Assembly: GCA_036268675.1 (NCBI GenBank)
Contig: DATATS010000203.1
Span: 1 to 60,954, forward strand
Direction: 5' to 3'
Source: Pseudolabrys sp.
Lineage (GTDB): Bacteria; Pseudomonadota; Alphaproteobacteria; Rhizobiales; Xanthobacteraceae
Length of the DNA stretch: 60,954 nt
Shown here piece after piece: positions 1 through 10,885 of this stretch (its first letter is position 1; each line of letters starts with the position of its first letter). The position numbers and the translations under genes are program-made. The notes beneath the pieces were generated by a model. The model worked only from the letters and a program-made list of their open reading frames with translations, did no database searches and was not told the DNA's origin.

Positions 1-173
1 ACGTCGGCCATGCCCATGGGCAGACCGGGATGGCCGGACTTGGCCTGTTCCACCGCGTCCATCGCCAGCGCGCGGATGGCATTGGCCATGTCGGCATGAG
101 AGACGGCAGCGACCGCTTGTCCGGGACGCTTCTGTTGCGTCACGGCGGCCGACGGCGAAGCGTTTGTACTCAT
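1..173 (-). CDS. tkt: Transketolase, 5' part (runs off window start)
   Basis: Hand translation from ATG at 173: MSTNAS...[30 protein letters not shown], the transketolase N-terminal signature. Confidence 0.95.
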   Translation of the reverse strand, partial: MSTNASPSAAVTQQKRPGQAVAAVSHADMANAIRALAMDAVEQAKSGHPGLPMGMAD

Positions 174-371
174 GAAAAAAGGCCTGTTTGCATGGCTGGA
201 TAGCATGTGGCCGCTTCGAGTCAATGTGAGCGCGGGCGCGGCAGGCCGCCATGCACAGGCGCGCGAAAACATCGGGGTAAACCCAAGCGCCGGCGTTGAC
301 GGCAATATCGCGCAGCACGTAAAGTTCTTTGCCTAAACAATTGCCGCCGCTAGCGTTTTTGAGTGCGGACA

Positions 372-656
372 ATGGCGATGACGGACCAAAGCGCAATCGA
401 TGTGGCGGTTAAGCGGCTGGCGCTTGCGCTGGACGCGCTCGATGCGGCTGTCGAGCGCCGGCGCGAGGCCGATCGTGGCGAGGAGGGGCTTGCCGCCCAG
501 GTGCACGCGCTCGGCGTCGATCGCACGCGCCTTGCCGCGACGCTCGATGGCGAGGCTGCGCGCTCGCGGCGGCTTGAGACGACGAACCGCGAGATCGCCG
601 AGCGGCTGGACGCGGCCATCGCCTCGATCCAGTCGGTGCTGGACGAGAGCGAGTAA
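372..656 (+). CDS. DUF4164 family coiled-coil protein (ZauP/ZapB-like partner of ZapA)
   Basis: Short all-helical heptad protein (RLALALDALDAAVERR...DRTRLAATLD...ERLDAAI) directly upstream of zapA, the usual alphaproteobacterial arrangement. Confidence 0.8.
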   Translation: MAMTDQSAIDVAVKRLALALDALDAAVERRREADRGEEGLAAQVHALGVDRTRLAATLDGEAARSRRLETTNREIAERLDAAIASIQSVLDESE

Positions 657-672
657 GCGCACGGGACTTCCG

Positions 673-1062
673 ATGGGCCATGTGAACGCAACCATTGCCG
701 GCCGCCAGTTCCGACTCGCCTGCGAGGACGGACAGGAAGATCATCTGCTCAAGCTCGCCGCCAATATCGATGCGCGCATTACCGAACTGCGCGAGAAGTT
801 CGGCGAGATCGGCGACACGCGGTTGACGGTGATGGCGGCGTTGACGGTCGCCGACGACCTTGCCGAGACGGTGCGCAAATTGCGCCGCATGGAGGAGGAG
901 ACGGCCGCGTTGCAGGATGCGCGTGTGGTCGCCGCCGATCGCGCCAAGGCTGCCTCCGCCGCGGTGGTCGGCGCCTTCAATTCGGCAGCCGAGCGCATCG
1001 AGGGCATTACCCGCAAGCTCAATGCCACCCTGCCGAGCGGCAACGGCGTGGGGATCGGGTAG
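673..1062 (+). CDS. zapA: Cell division protein ZapA
   Basis: MGHVNATIAGRQFRLACEDGQEDHL...GDTRLTVMAALTVAD; start trimmed from the 400..1062 ORF. Confidence 0.93.
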   Translation: MGHVNATIAGRQFRLACEDGQEDHLLKLAANIDARITELREKFGEIGDTRLTVMAALTVADDLAETVRKLRRMEEETAALQDARVVAADRAKAASAAVVGAFNSAAERIEGITRKLNATLPSGNGVGIG

Positions 1063-1083
1063 TCCCTGGCCAATCGCTCTACC

Positions 1084-1168
1084 GTCGTCCCCGCGAAGGC
1101 GGGGACCCAGCAATTCCTCTGTTTCAATCTATCGAAGCGCTGGATCGCCCGCCTGCGCGGGCGATGAC
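1084..1168. repeat. REP/RPE-like palindromic element
   Basis: GTCGTCCCCGCGAAGGCGGGGACCCAG ... CTGGATCGCCCGCCTGCGCGGGCGATGAC: two GC hairpins in inverted arrangement around an AT-rich spacer. Confidence 0.75.
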
Positions 1169-1213
1169 AGTCACAGGATGGCGCTTCGGCCGCATAACCA
1201 CTACATTGTCAAA

Positions 1214-1365
1214 GCGGGGCTGTGGGGCGCGTCCGGAGAACATTCCCCGGGGCCTTACGATCCTAACGGGAGCTGTCCCTGGCCGGGCTCGTGGGCTCGG
1301 TCATATGGCGCCCACCTACTTATGTAGGTTCCCGGGATCACCTCCGACGGCCTTCGCGGCTCCGC
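1214..1365 (+). ncRNA. ssrS: 6S RNA
   Basis: Lies between zapA and the 5-FTHF cyclo-ligase gene (conserved synteny); ends pair (GCGGGGCTGTGGGGC / GCCTTCGCGGCTCCGC) and TCCCCGGGGCCT pairs with AGGTTCCCGGGA; TACATT -10 box at 1202-1207. Confidence 0.88.
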
Positions 1366-1377
1366 ACTTCGTGGTTG

Positions 1378-1968
1378 ATGTCTAATTTGGCCGAAATGGA
1401 TTCATCGAAAGCCGCACTGCGCGTCGATGCGCTGGCAAAACGTGACGCAATACCAGCGGCCATGCGTGCCGCGGCCGCGGAAACGATTGCGGCGCGCGGG
1501 TTCCCTATCGAGGTCACGCCCGGTCTGATCGTCTCCGGCTTTTCGCCGATGCGAACCGAAGTCAACCCGATCGCCCTGATGCGCAAATTTGCCGACGCCG
1601 GCGCGCAACTGGCGCTGCCCGCGATTGCGGGGCGCGGCAAGCCGCTCATGATGCGCGCGTGGAAATTCGGCGACCCGTTCAAGGCCGGGCAGTGGGGCAT
1701 CCGCGAGCCGGTGCCGGAAGCGCCGGAGGTCGTGCCCGACATTCTGATCGTGCCGCTCGCCGCCTTCGATCGCGCCGGCCACCGCATCGGCTACGGCGCC
1801 GGCTATTACGACATGACCATCCATGCGGTGCGCGCCAAAAAGGAAGCGATCGCCATCGGCATCGCCTTTGCCGCGCAGGAAATCCCCAAGGTTCCTGCCA
1901 CGGAGCGCGACGAACGGCTCGATCTCGTGCTAACGGAACGCGAGGTCATTGATTTGCGTGGCGCATGA
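1378..1968 (+). CDS. 5-formyltetrahydrofolate cyclo-ligase (start 1378 or 1396)
   Basis: PDILIVPLAAFDRAGHRIGYGAGYYD and DERLDLVLTE motifs. Confidence 0.95.
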   Translation: MSNLAEMDSSKAALRVDALAKRDAIPAAMRAAAAETIAARGFPIEVTPGLIVSGFSPMRTEVNPIALMRKFADAGAQLALPAIAGRGKPLMMRAWKFGDPFKAGQWGIREPVPEAPEVVPDILIVPLAAFDRAGHRIGYGAGYYDMTIHAVRAKKEAIAIGIAFAAQEIPKVPATERDERLDLVLTEREVIDLRGA

Positions 1969-2009
1969 TCCCGAAAAGTGGGAACCGGGTTTCGGACAAG
2001 ATCATGCGC
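1961..2009. repeat. 49-bp palindromic RIME/MITE-like element, full copy
   Basis: GCGCATGATCCCGAAAAGTGGGAACCGGGTTTCGGACAAGATCATGCGC with perfect 10-bp terminal inverted repeats; related copies at 19541 and 41475. Confidence 0.85.
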
Positions 2010-2034
2010 TCAGAAAATAAAGAGTCGTGAGCTA

Positions 2035-2856
2035 ATGCGTATTCTCTTTGTCGGCGACGTGGTTGGGCGAAGCGGGCGCACGATCGTCAACGAGCGCCTG
2101 CCCGGGCTGATCAAGGACTGGAAGCTCGATCTGGTGGTGGTCAACGGCGAGAACGCCGCCGGCGGTTTCGGCATCACCGAGACGATCTACAACGAAATGA
2201 TCGACGCCGGCGCCGACGCCGTCACGCTCGGCAATCACGCATGGGACCAGCGCGAGGCGCTGGTGTTCATCGAGCGCGCGCCGCGGCTGGTCCGCCCGCT
2301 GAATTATCCGAAAGGCACGCCGGGGCGCGGCGCGGCCCTGGTCGACAGCAAGAACGGTAAGCGCGCGCTCGTCATCAACGCCATGGGCCGCATCTTCATG
2401 GACCCACTCGACGACCCATTCGCTGCGGTCGAGCGCGAACTCTCCGCCTGCGCGCTCAAATCGGACGCCGACGCCATCATCCTCGACATGCATTGCGAGG
2501 CCACCAGTGAAAAGCAGTCGATGGCTTATTTCGTCGATGGCCGCGTCAGTCTCGTAGTCGGCACTCACACGCATGCGCCCACCGCCGATCATCGTATTTT
2601 GCCCGGACGCACCGGCTTCGTATCCGATGTCGGCATGACCGGCGATTTCGAATCCTGCATCGGCATGAACAAGGACGAACCGCTCAATCGTTTCCTGCGC
2701 AAGCTGCCGGGTTCGAAATTCGAGCCGGCCAACGGACCGGCGACGCTGTGCGCCATCGCGGTGGAAACCGACGACGGCACCGGGCTTGCAGTCAAGGTCG
2801 GCGCGGTGCGGCTTGGCGGAATTCTGGAACAGGCGCAGCCCGCTTTCTGGATGTGA
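2035..2856 (+). CDS. YmdB/TIGR00282 family metallophosphoesterase
   Basis: MRILFVGDVVG, NGENAAGG, TLGNH, DMHCEATSEK, GTHTH, DVGMTG motifs. Confidence 0.93.
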   Translation: MRILFVGDVVGRSGRTIVNERLPGLIKDWKLDLVVVNGENAAGGFGITETIYNEMIDAGADAVTLGNHAWDQREALVFIERAPRLVRPLNYPKGTPGRGAALVDSKNGKRALVINAMGRIFMDPLDDPFAAVERELSACALKSDADAIILDMHCEATSEKQSMAYFVDGRVSLVVGTHTHAPTADHRILPGRTGFVSDVGMTGDFESCIGMNKDEPLNRFLRKLPGSKFEPANGPATLCAIAVETDDGTGLAVKVGAVRLGGILEQAQPAFWM

Positions 2857-2965
2857 ATTATTCGCGCTGCGCCGGTTGACCCCGACTCGCCGCGGTGATT
2901 CGGTAGGGACAAATGATTCGCCGGTATGTGCTCGGGTCCGGCCCAGCGACCTCAGCACGGCGGAT

Positions 2966-4321
2966 ATGAATTTACAGGTCAATCGCAACCTCGCACTCGA
3001 ACCGATCGTCGATTTCGAGCCTCGGCCCCATCCCGACACGCGCGCGCTCGAGGCGCGCGCGGAACTTGCCGCCCAGTTCATTCCGGCCGGGTCGCGCGTG
3101 CTCGATCTTGCCTGCGGCGACATGATGCTCAAGCGCCTGTTGCCGACCGGATGCAGCTATCAGCCCTGCGACCGCGTCGAGCGCGGCGCCGGTGCTATCG
3201 TCTGCGACCTCGACGCTGGCAGCTTCCCGACGCAGGCCGCCGCTCAAACCGATATTGTCGTGATCCTCGGCGCGCTGGAGCGGATCGCCGATGTCGAGAG
3301 TTTCTTCACTCATCTGCGCTTCTGCAAGCAGGATGTCGTCCTGAGCTATTGCGCCACCGACCTGACCGGCGAGCGCAATCGCGCTGCGCTCGGCTTCGTC
3401 AATCACCTGAGCTTCTACGATCTGGCGGTACTGTTCGACCGCTACGGCTTCCGCATCGAGTGCACGGCGCCGACCGGCGACGTCGAGGTACTGATGCGGC
3501 TGACGCCGACGGAGAACCTCGCGCCGATCGCACCGTGCAGCGTGGCCGTCGTGTCCGAAAAGAATGTCGGCAATTTCGGCGACCGCCTCGGCTACCACAT
3601 GATCAATGCTCTGCTGCCGGGCGAGGCCGAGGTGCATCATCTGACCTTCAAGACGCTCGATCAGGCGCACGACAAATACGATCTCGTCGTGCTCGGCATG
3701 GGCAACAGCCTCTTCCAGCCGCTGCTTGGCGACGCGGTGCTCGACGTCGTCAGCCGCGGCAAAGCCTCGATCGGAATTTTTGGCACACAGTTTCGCGAAC
3801 TCATCCCGCGCCCGGCGATCGAGCGCATCGTCGAACGGCTCGACACCTGGTTCGCTCGCCACGAGGACGACCTGTTGATGTATGGCCGCGGCCGCAAGAA
3901 CGTCGTGCATCTCGGCGACTGGCTGATCGACCAGTTTCCCATGACCAAGGCGACCGACGACGAGCCCCTGCAGATCGGCGACGAAATCACGACCGAGTTG
4001 CCGCTCGATCGCACCATTCAGGCGATCCAGTTGCACAAGAACGTCTTTTCGGCGCGGCTGCACCCGCTGCTCTGCGCGCTCACCGCGGCGGAACTGGTCG
4101 CCTACGCCGAGCAGCCCTCCGAACAGATGCCGGGTATCGTCTCCGGCAAGTTCCGCAGCATGTTGATCGACATTTTCGGCCGCAGCTATCCGGAAAAGAA
4201 ATTCTTCATCGTCGACCGCGACGCGGTGCGCCGTTACAAGGCGCGCGTGCACCAGAATGTCGGCAAGGTGGCCGCGACAATCGACGCCGTGCTGCGCAAC
4301 GTGGCAGTGGCAACGGTCTGA
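2966..4321 (+). CDS. Two-domain protein: class I SAM methyltransferase-like N-terminus plus polysaccharide pyruvyltransferase-like C-terminus
   Basis: SRVLDLACGD (motif I) and CDLD in the N-half; GNFGD, DLVVLGMGN and SARLH in the C-half. Confidence 0.6.
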   Translation: MNLQVNRNLALEPIVDFEPRPHPDTRALEARAELAAQFIPAGSRVLDLACGDMMLKRLLPTGCSYQPCDRVERGAGAIVCDLDAGSFPTQAAAQTDIVVILGALERIADVESFFTHLRFCKQDVVLSYCATDLTGERNRAALGFVNHLSFYDLAVLFDRYGFRIECTAPTGDVEVLMRLTPTENLAPIAPCSVAVVSEKNVGNFGDRLGYHMINALLPGEAEVHHLTFKTLDQAHDKYDLVVLGMGNSLFQPLLGDAVLDVVSRGKASIGIFGTQFRELIPRPAIERIVERLDTWFARHEDDLLMYGRGRKNVVHLGDWLIDQFPMTKATDDEPLQIGDEITTELPLDRTIQAIQLHKNVFSARLHPLLCALTAAELVAYAEQPSEQMPGIVSGKFRSMLIDIFGRSYPEKKFFIVDRDAVRRYKARVHQNVGKVAATIDAVLRNVAVATV

Positions 4322-4387
4322 CAGCGCAGTTTATCTTTTTCCCGGCCCGGCCTATACACACACCGGTATCAATCGCAGTGTCGTGTC

Positions 4388-5134
4388 ATGGCCGGTCATT
4401 CCCAGTTCAAGAATATCATGCACAAGAAGGGGCGCGCGGATAAGGCGCGCTCCGCGCTGTTCGGCAAGCTCGCCCGCGAGATCACGGTGGCGGCCAAGCT
4501 CGGCATGCCGGATCCCGCCTTCAATCCGCGCCTGCGCGCGGCCATGTTGGCGGCGCGCGCCGAGAACATGCCGAAGGACAATATCGAGCGCGCCATCAAG
4601 AAATCCCAAGGTTCAGACTCGGAAAGCTACGACGAGATCCGCTACGAGGGTTATGGGCCGGGCGGCGTCGCGGTGATCGTCGAGGCTCTGACCGACAACC
4701 GCAACCGCACAGCCGGCGAAGTGCGCGCGATCTTCACCAAGAATGGCGGCAATCTCGCGGAAACCGGCGCGGTGTCGTTCATGTTCACCCACGCCGGCGT
4801 TGTCGAGTACAACGTCAAGGCCGCGAGCGCCGACGCGATGCTGGAAGCGGCAATCGAGGCCGGCGCCGAGGACGTGATTTCGAACGACGAGGGCCATCAG
4901 ATCGTCACCACGCCCGCAACGCTGAACGAAGTCGCCAAGGCGCTCGAAGCCAAATTCGGCGAGCCGCGCCGAGCGGCGCTGCTGTGGAAGCCGCAGAACA
5001 CGATCGCGCTCGACGACGAGGCGGGCGAAAAGCTCCTGAAGCTCATCGAGTCGCTGGACGAAAGCGACGACGTGCAGAACGTCTACGCCAATTTCGAAGT
5101 GTCGGACGTGCTGGTGCAAAAAATGAGCGCGTGA
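4388..5134 (+). CDS. yebC: YebC/PmpR family protein
   Basis: [39 protein letters not shown]. Confidence 0.97.
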   Translation: MAGHSQFKNIMHKKGRADKARSALFGKLAREITVAAKLGMPDPAFNPRLRAAMLAARAENMPKDNIERAIKKSQGSDSESYDEIRYEGYGPGGVAVIVEALTDNRNRTAGEVRAIFTKNGGNLAETGAVSFMFTHAGVVEYNVKAASADAMLEAAIEAGAEDVISNDEGHQIVTTPATLNEVAKALEAKFGEPRRAALLWKPQNTIALDDEAGEKLLKLIESLDESDDVQNVYANFEVSDVLVQKMSA

Positions 5135-5138
5135 TTTC

Positions 5139-5915
5139 TCACCGCAGCGCGTCGAATATGGGCAAGCTCGCCAAGCCGGCGACCGCGACGATGACATAAG
5201 CCAGCCGCCGATAGAACGCGTCGCTCGTTCCACGAAAAAAGTGCGCGCCGGTGGCAAGCGCGGCGCCGAATGGCACGCCGAGAAGAAGCGCAAGCGCCAA
5301 CGCCTGAGCGCTGAACAAGGCGCCGTAGAGATAAGCAACGAACGTCAGCACGCCCTGCATGATGAAATAGACCATGATATTGGCCCGCACGGTCGTGGCG
5401 CTGTTCTGCCCGCCGAGCCAGTAAACCAGAAGTGGCGGCGCACCAATCTGCACCGCGCCGGCGCCGAATCCCGACAACGCGCCGACGCCGAGCGAGGCGG
5501 CAACTGTCGGTCTGCCGTGGTAGCGCCATCCGGACGCGAGCATGGCCACGGCGATGAGCACCAGCACGGCGATGAACCAGCGCAACGCGATCGCATCGAT
5601 GTAAACGAGGGCCGCGACGCCGAGCGGTACGCCGAGCACGCCGGTCGCCATCACCAGTCTCACCTCGCGCCAGTTGCAGTCCGGCACTGCCTTGATCGCG
5701 AAGGGCAGGCTGCAAAGCGTATCGATCAGCAGCAAATTCGGAGCGGCGAGCCGCGGGCCGTAGATCGCCGAGATGAGCGGCATGTAGATCAAGGCCGAGC
5801 CAAAACCGGTAAAGCCGCGCACCAAGCCGGCCACGACCGCAATCGCGACCGCCGCAATGAAGCGGGGTTCGTGCAGCAAGATCGACAAGGTTGCGAGATC
5901 GGGCAGGGCGTTCAA
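5139..5915 (-). CDS. TauE/SafE family membrane exporter (probable TTG start)
   Basis: Multi-TM protein with AGLVRGFTGFGSALI and repeated GALSGFGAG..IGAPP; AGAGGA RBS upstream of TTG at 5915. Confidence 0.85.
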   Translation of the reverse strand: MNALPDLATLSILLHEPRFIAAVAIAVVAGLVRGFTGFGSALIYMPLISAIYGPRLAAPNLLLIDTLCSLPFAIKAVPDCNWREVRLVMATGVLGVPLGVAALVYIDAIALRWFIAVLVLIAVAMLASGWRYHGRPTVAASLGVGALSGFGAGAVQIGAPPLLVYWLGGQNSATTVRANIMVYFIMQGVLTFVAYLYGALFSAQALALALLLGVPFGAALATGAHFFRGTSDAFYRRLAYVIVAVAGLASLPIFDALR

Positions 5916-6035
5916 GGCGGGATTCCTCTGGGCCGCCCTGCTTATCAGGGGCGTCTTGCGCGGGGGAGCCCGTGCTTTCGCATGGCGGCCACTCCCGGCT
6001 AGGCGGGGGCCAGGAGCGGGGCTATCAACGGGGCC

Positions 6036-6542
6036 ATGCGTTCGCGACCGATTCGCATTCTCGGCATCGATCCCGGGCTCCGCCGTACCGGCTGGGGCGT
6101 GATCGAGGCCGACGGCAATCGCTTGATCCACGTCGCCTGCGGTTCTGTGGACACCAGCGAGCGAGCCGAACTAGGCGTGCGGCTGGTGGCGATCCATGAC
6201 GGGCTTTGCGCGGTGATCGAACAGCATCGCCCGCACGAGGCGGCGGTGGAGCAGACCTTCGTCAACACCAATGCAGCGGCCACGCTCAAGCTTGGCCAGG
6301 CGCGCGGCATCGCGATGCTGGTGCCGGCGCGCGCGGGACTGACGGTTGCCGAATACGCGCCCAATGTGGTGAAGAAAACCGTGGTCGGCGCCGGCCACGG
6401 CGAGAAGGCGCAGATCCGCATGATGATCGGCGTGCTGCTGCCGAAGGCCGATCCGCGCTCGGAAGACGCCGCCGACGCGCTCGCCATCGCGGTATGTCAC
6501 GCGCATCATCGCACCAGCATTGTGATGAAGGTTGTCGGGTAA
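6036..6542 (+). CDS. ruvC: Holliday junction resolvase RuvC
   Basis: [39 protein letters not shown]. Confidence 0.97.
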   Translation: MRSRPIRILGIDPGLRRTGWGVIEADGNRLIHVACGSVDTSERAELGVRLVAIHDGLCAVIEQHRPHEAAVEQTFVNTNAAATLKLGQARGIAMLVPARAGLTVAEYAPNVVKKTVVGAGHGEKAQIRMMIGVLLPKADPRSEDAADALAIAVCHAHHRTSIVMKVVG

Positions 6543-6558
6543 TGATCGGCAAGCTCAC

Positions 6559-7176
6559 ATGATTGGAAAACTTCGGGGCATCATCGACTCTTACGGCGTG
6601 GATTACGTCATCCTCGATGTCGGCGGCGTCGGCTATCAGGTGCATTGCTCGGCGCGCACGCTGCAAGCCTTGCCGGCGCCGCGCGAGCCCGCGACGCTGT
6701 CGATCGAAACGCACGTGCGCGAAGACCAGATCAAGCTGTTTGGCTTTTCCAGCGATCTCGAACGCGAATGGTTCCGCCTGCTGCAAACCGTGCAAGGCGT
6801 TGGCGCCAAGGTCGCGCTCTCCGTGCTGGGCACGTTGAAAGCATCCGAACTCGCATCGGCCATCGCCATGCGCGACAAGGCTGCGGTAGCGCGCTCGCCC
6901 GGTGTCGGCCCCAAGGTGGCCGAGCGCATCGTCAGCGAGTTGAAGGACAAGGCGCCGGATTACACCTCGATCGATCCGGCGGCGATCCAGCTTTCCGGCG
7001 CGCTTGATGAAAAGCGCGCGCCACGTCCGGTGATGGATGCTGTGTCGGCGCTGGTCAATCTCGGCTATGGCCAGCCGCAGGCCGCGGCGGCGATCGCCGC
7101 CGCCGCGCGCAATGCCGGCGAAAGCGCCGATACCGCGACGCTGATCCGGCAGGGGTTGAAGGAGCTGGCGAAGTGA
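6559..7176 (+). CDS. ruvA: Holliday junction branch migration protein RuvA
   Basis: [47 protein letters not shown]. Confidence 0.97.
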   Translation: MIGKLRGIIDSYGVDYVILDVGGVGYQVHCSARTLQALPAPREPATLSIETHVREDQIKLFGFSSDLEREWFRLLQTVQGVGAKVALSVLGTLKASELASAIAMRDKAAVARSPGVGPKVAERIVSELKDKAPDYTSIDPAAIQLSGALDEKRAPRPVMDAVSALVNLGYGQPQAAAAIAAAARNAGESADTATLIRQGLKELAK

Positions 7177-8216
7177 GCACAAGCCCGCGCCGCCTGATGG
7201 CCGCTGAACGCCGCGACGACGACGTGGATGCCTCGTTGCGCCCGCAGCGCCTGAGCGAGTTTGTCGGCCAGGAAAAGGCGCGCGCAAATCTGAGCGTGTT
7301 CATCGAGGCGGCGCGTGCCCGCAAGGAAGCGCTCGACCATGTGCTGTTTGTCGGACCTCCGGGTCTCGGCAAAACCACGCTGGCGCAGATCGTGGCGCGC
7401 GAACTCTCCGTCAATTTCCGCGCCACGTCAGGGCCTGTGATCGCCAAGGCCGGCGATCTGGCGGCGCTTCTCACCAATCTCGAGCCACGCGACGTGCTGT
7501 TTATCGACGAGATCCACCGGCTCAGTCCGGCGGTTGAGGAAATCCTTTATCCGGCGATGGAGGATTTCCAGCTCGATCTCATCATCGGCGAGGGGCCAGC
7601 GGCGCGCTCGGTCAAGATCGAGCTTGCGCCGTTCACGCTGGTCGGTGCCACCACCCGCGCCGGGCTCTTGACCAATCCGCTGCGCGATCGCTTCGGCATT
7701 CCGGTGCGACTGAATTTCTATTCCGAGGACGAACTGGAGCAGATCGTCAATCGCGGCGCGCGCGTGCTCAAGCTCGGCATGACGGCGGATGGCGCCAACG
7801 AAATCGCGCGCAGAGCGCGCGGCACGCCGCGCATCGCCGGCCGCCTGCTGCGGCGCGTGCGCGACTTTGCTCATGTGGACGGGGCCAAATCTGTCGACCG
7901 CAAGATTGCCGACCGTGCGCTTGGCGAACTGGAAGTGGACGCCGCCGGGCTCGACGCCATGGACCGGCGTTATTTGTCGACCATCGCGGAAAATTACGGC
8001 GGTGGGCCGGTCGGCGTCGATACGCTCGCCGCAGCATTAAGCGAGCCGCGCGATGCCATCGAAGACATCATCGAGCCGTTCCTCATTCAAAAGGGCTTCA
8101 TCCAGCGTACCCCGCGCGGGCGGCTGGCCACCTCGCTCGCCTTCAGGCATCTCGGCCTCACCGAACCGCAACGCGACGCGAGCCAGTTCGGGTTGTTCGG
8201 ACAGGACGAGGATTAG
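7173..8216 (+). CDS. ruvB: Holliday junction DNA helicase RuvB
   Basis: [35 protein letters not shown]. Confidence 0.98.
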   Translation: MSTSPRRLMAAERRDDDVDASLRPQRLSEFVGQEKARANLSVFIEAARARKEALDHVLFVGPPGLGKTTLAQIVARELSVNFRATSGPVIAKAGDLAALLTNLEPRDVLFIDEIHRLSPAVEEILYPAMEDFQLDLIIGEGPAARSVKIELAPFTLVGATTRAGLLTNPLRDRFGIPVRLNFYSEDELEQIVNRGARVLKLGMTADGANEIARRARGTPRIAGRLLRRVRDFAHVDGAKSVDRKIADRALGELEVDAAGLDAMDRRYLSTIAENYGGGPVGVDTLAAALSEPRDAIEDIIEPFLIQKGFIQRTPRGRLATSLAFRHLGLTEPQRDASQFGLFGQDED

Positions 8217-8220
8217 CAGC

Positions 8221-8685
8221 GTGGCTGATGTTGCGCTCGACGGCGAAATCCGGGACGGCCGGCACTATCAGCGGGTCCGCGTCTATTACGAAGACACCGA
8301 TTTTTCCGGCGTGGTCTATCACGCGAGCTACCTTCGATTCATGGAGCGCGGGCGCACCAATTATCTGCGGCTGATCGGCGCCGACCACCGCGCGCTGTTC
8401 GTGGCGGCCGAAATGGAAGCGCCCGGCTTCGCCTTCGTCGTGCGTCACATGAGCATCGATTTTCGCAAACCCGCGCATATGGACGACGTACTCGACATCG
8501 TCACCGCGCCCGAGGATGTTAAAGGCGCCTCGATTACGCTCGATCAGAAGGTCATGCGCGGCGCGGATCTGCTGGTCGAAGCGCATGTGCAGGTGGCGTT
8601 CGTGTCCGCCGGCCGTGCCAGGCCGATCCCCAAGCCGCTGCGAATCGCCATGAAGGCGGACCAGGAAGCGGGTGGCGGCGCCTGA
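8221..8685 (+). CDS. ybgC: Tol-Pal-associated acyl-CoA thioesterase
   Basis: RVYYEDTDFSGVVYHASYLRFMERGRT; GTG start 4 nt after the ruvB stop. Confidence 0.93.
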   Translation: MADVALDGEIRDGRHYQRVRVYYEDTDFSGVVYHASYLRFMERGRTNYLRLIGADHRALFVAAEMEAPGFAFVVRHMSIDFRKPAHMDDVLDIVTAPEDVKGASITLDQKVMRGADLLVEAHVQVAFVSAGRARPIPKPLRIAMKADQEAGGGA

Positions 8686-8710
8686 TGGCGCTGCCTAGAT
8701 TTGGGCAATC

Positions 8711-9286
8711 ATGCCGGAACAAAACTTCGCCCTGTTCGACACGACCATAGGCCATTGCGGCATCGCGTGGAGCGATCGTGGCCTGATCGGCGTACAGTTG
8801 CCGCACGCAGATGAAACGGCGACGCGCCGGCGGATGAGCCAGCGCTACCCGGACGGCCAGGAAACGGGACCGCCCGCCGACATGCAGCACGCCATCGATG
8901 GCATTGTTGCGCTGCTGCGCGGCGAGCCGCGCGATCTCACCGGCATCGCGATCGACGACAGCGAAACGCCGGCCTTCAACGCCCAGGTCTACGCCATCAC
9001 GCGCACGGTTCCGCCGGGCAAGACCATCACCTATGGTGAGATCGCCGAACGGCTGGGCGACAAATTGTTGGCGCGCGACGTCGGCCAGGCGCTCGGGCAA
9101 AATCCCTGTCCGCTGGTCATGCCGTGCCATCGCGTGGTCGCGGCTGGCGGCAAGACCGGCGGCTTCTCCGCCGCCGGCGGCGTGGTCACCAAGCTGCGGC
9201 TTTTGAGTATCGAGGGAGCGCAGCCGGGCGGTCCGACATTATTCGAGCACCTGCCGCTGCAGGCACGGCGAGGCCGCCGCGTTTAA
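8711..9286 (+). CDS. ogt: Methylated-DNA--protein-cysteine methyltransferase
   Basis: PGKTITYGEIA and PCHRVV active-site motif. Confidence 0.92.
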   Translation: MPEQNFALFDTTIGHCGIAWSDRGLIGVQLPHADETATRRRMSQRYPDGQETGPPADMQHAIDGIVALLRGEPRDLTGIAIDDSETPAFNAQVYAITRTVPPGKTITYGEIAERLGDKLLARDVGQALGQNPCPLVMPCHRVVAAGGKTGGFSAAGGVVTKLRLLSIEGAQPGGPTLFEHLPLQARRGRRV

Positions 9287-9678
9287 CGTCCGCCTACCTG
9301 CCAAACAAATTTATCGCCGGGACCGTGCACGGCCGCAAACAGCAGGCCGGCGAGAAATGTGAAGTGATCGATGAAGAAACCGAACTCAGACTGATTGGCG
9401 GCCCAATGTGTTGGGCCGTGAAACATAAAGCCCAGAAACAGGACGTACGCCGCTGCGAGGTAGGCGGCGTAGGAAAAGAAAGCGCCGGTGAGAAAAGCAA
9501 CCACGAGGCCGACTTCAAGAATAGCGGCGAGCCACGCCAGCAGGAGCGGGAAGGGGAAGCCTGCCGCGGCGATGTAACCCGCCGTCGCTCCCATACCCAT
9601 GAATTTGAAAACGGCGGCCATCAGAAAAACGGCCGCGAATATCAGTCGGGCCGCGAGAATTGAAACGGTTTTCGCCAT
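9283..9678 (-). CDS. DoxX family membrane protein
   Basis: Four hydrophobic segments; ARLIFAAVFLMAAVFKF, AAILE, FHGP, HGPG. Confidence 0.85.
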   Translation of the reverse strand: MAKTVSILAARLIFAAVFLMAAVFKFMGMGATAGYIAAAGFPFPLLLAWLAAILEVGLVVAFLTGAFFSYAAYLAAAYVLFLGFMFHGPTHWAANQSEFGFFIDHFTFLAGLLFAAVHGPGDKFVWQVGGR

Positions 9679-9858
9679 GTCGATCCGCCCTTCTGTTTCT
9701 CCAAGCATAGCGGTGCCAATCACTATGGAAAAGCCGCGGCGCGGCTGGCACCACTCCTCCGCTACCTCAACCCGCGCCGGCAACCTTGTTGATGGGCTGC
9801 GCAAGCCTTGCTCGCGTGGCGCGGCGAGATTGGTGCCACGGGGCCTTTACATGGAATG

Positions 9859-9874
9859 GTAACCAGTTCTTAAC
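9859..9874. promoter_or_regulatory. CtrA-like binding site upstream of tolQ
   Basis: GTAA-ccagttc-TTAAC, one mismatch to TTAA-N7-TTAAC. Confidence 0.55.
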
Positions 9875-10032
9875 CACAATCAGCGCTGGTTAGCGCCCTC
9901 GATTTCGCGTATGCGCCCTAGTTTGGCCAAGTTTCGCGGGGATTTCGTCAGGCCGGACGATGGCGGGACGAGTTTTCGCGATATCTTTTGGTTTTCGGCT
10001 GAGCGCGTGAGCGGGAACGCTGGCGCGCATAT

Positions 10033-10062
10033 TGGGTCCGAGCATTGTGGGTCCGAGCATTG
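10033..10062. repeat. 15-bp perfect tandem duplication
   Basis: TGGGTCCGAGCATTG twice in the tolQ upstream region. Confidence 0.9.
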
Positions 10063-10133
10063 TGCCGCGCCGGTGCTAGTGCCGCCGATTTGAAGTACCT
10101 GCCTGGCCCCGAGCAAGCGGAAAGGACGTGCCC

Positions 10134-10846
<713 letters not shown>

Positions 10847-10850
<4 letters not shown>

Positions 10851-10870
10851 TCCGGCACAGGATCATGCGC
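10847..10870. repeat. Collapsed copy of the 49-bp palindromic element
   Basis: ATGATCC-GGCACA-GGATCATGCGC keeps only the terminal repeats; overlaps the tolQ stop. Confidence 0.55.
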
Positions 10871-10885
10871 AGGGAGTAGCCAATC

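Noticed and set aside
10033-10062. Possible CRISPR remnant
   Set aside because: Only two adjacent 15-bp copies, no spacers, no cas genes
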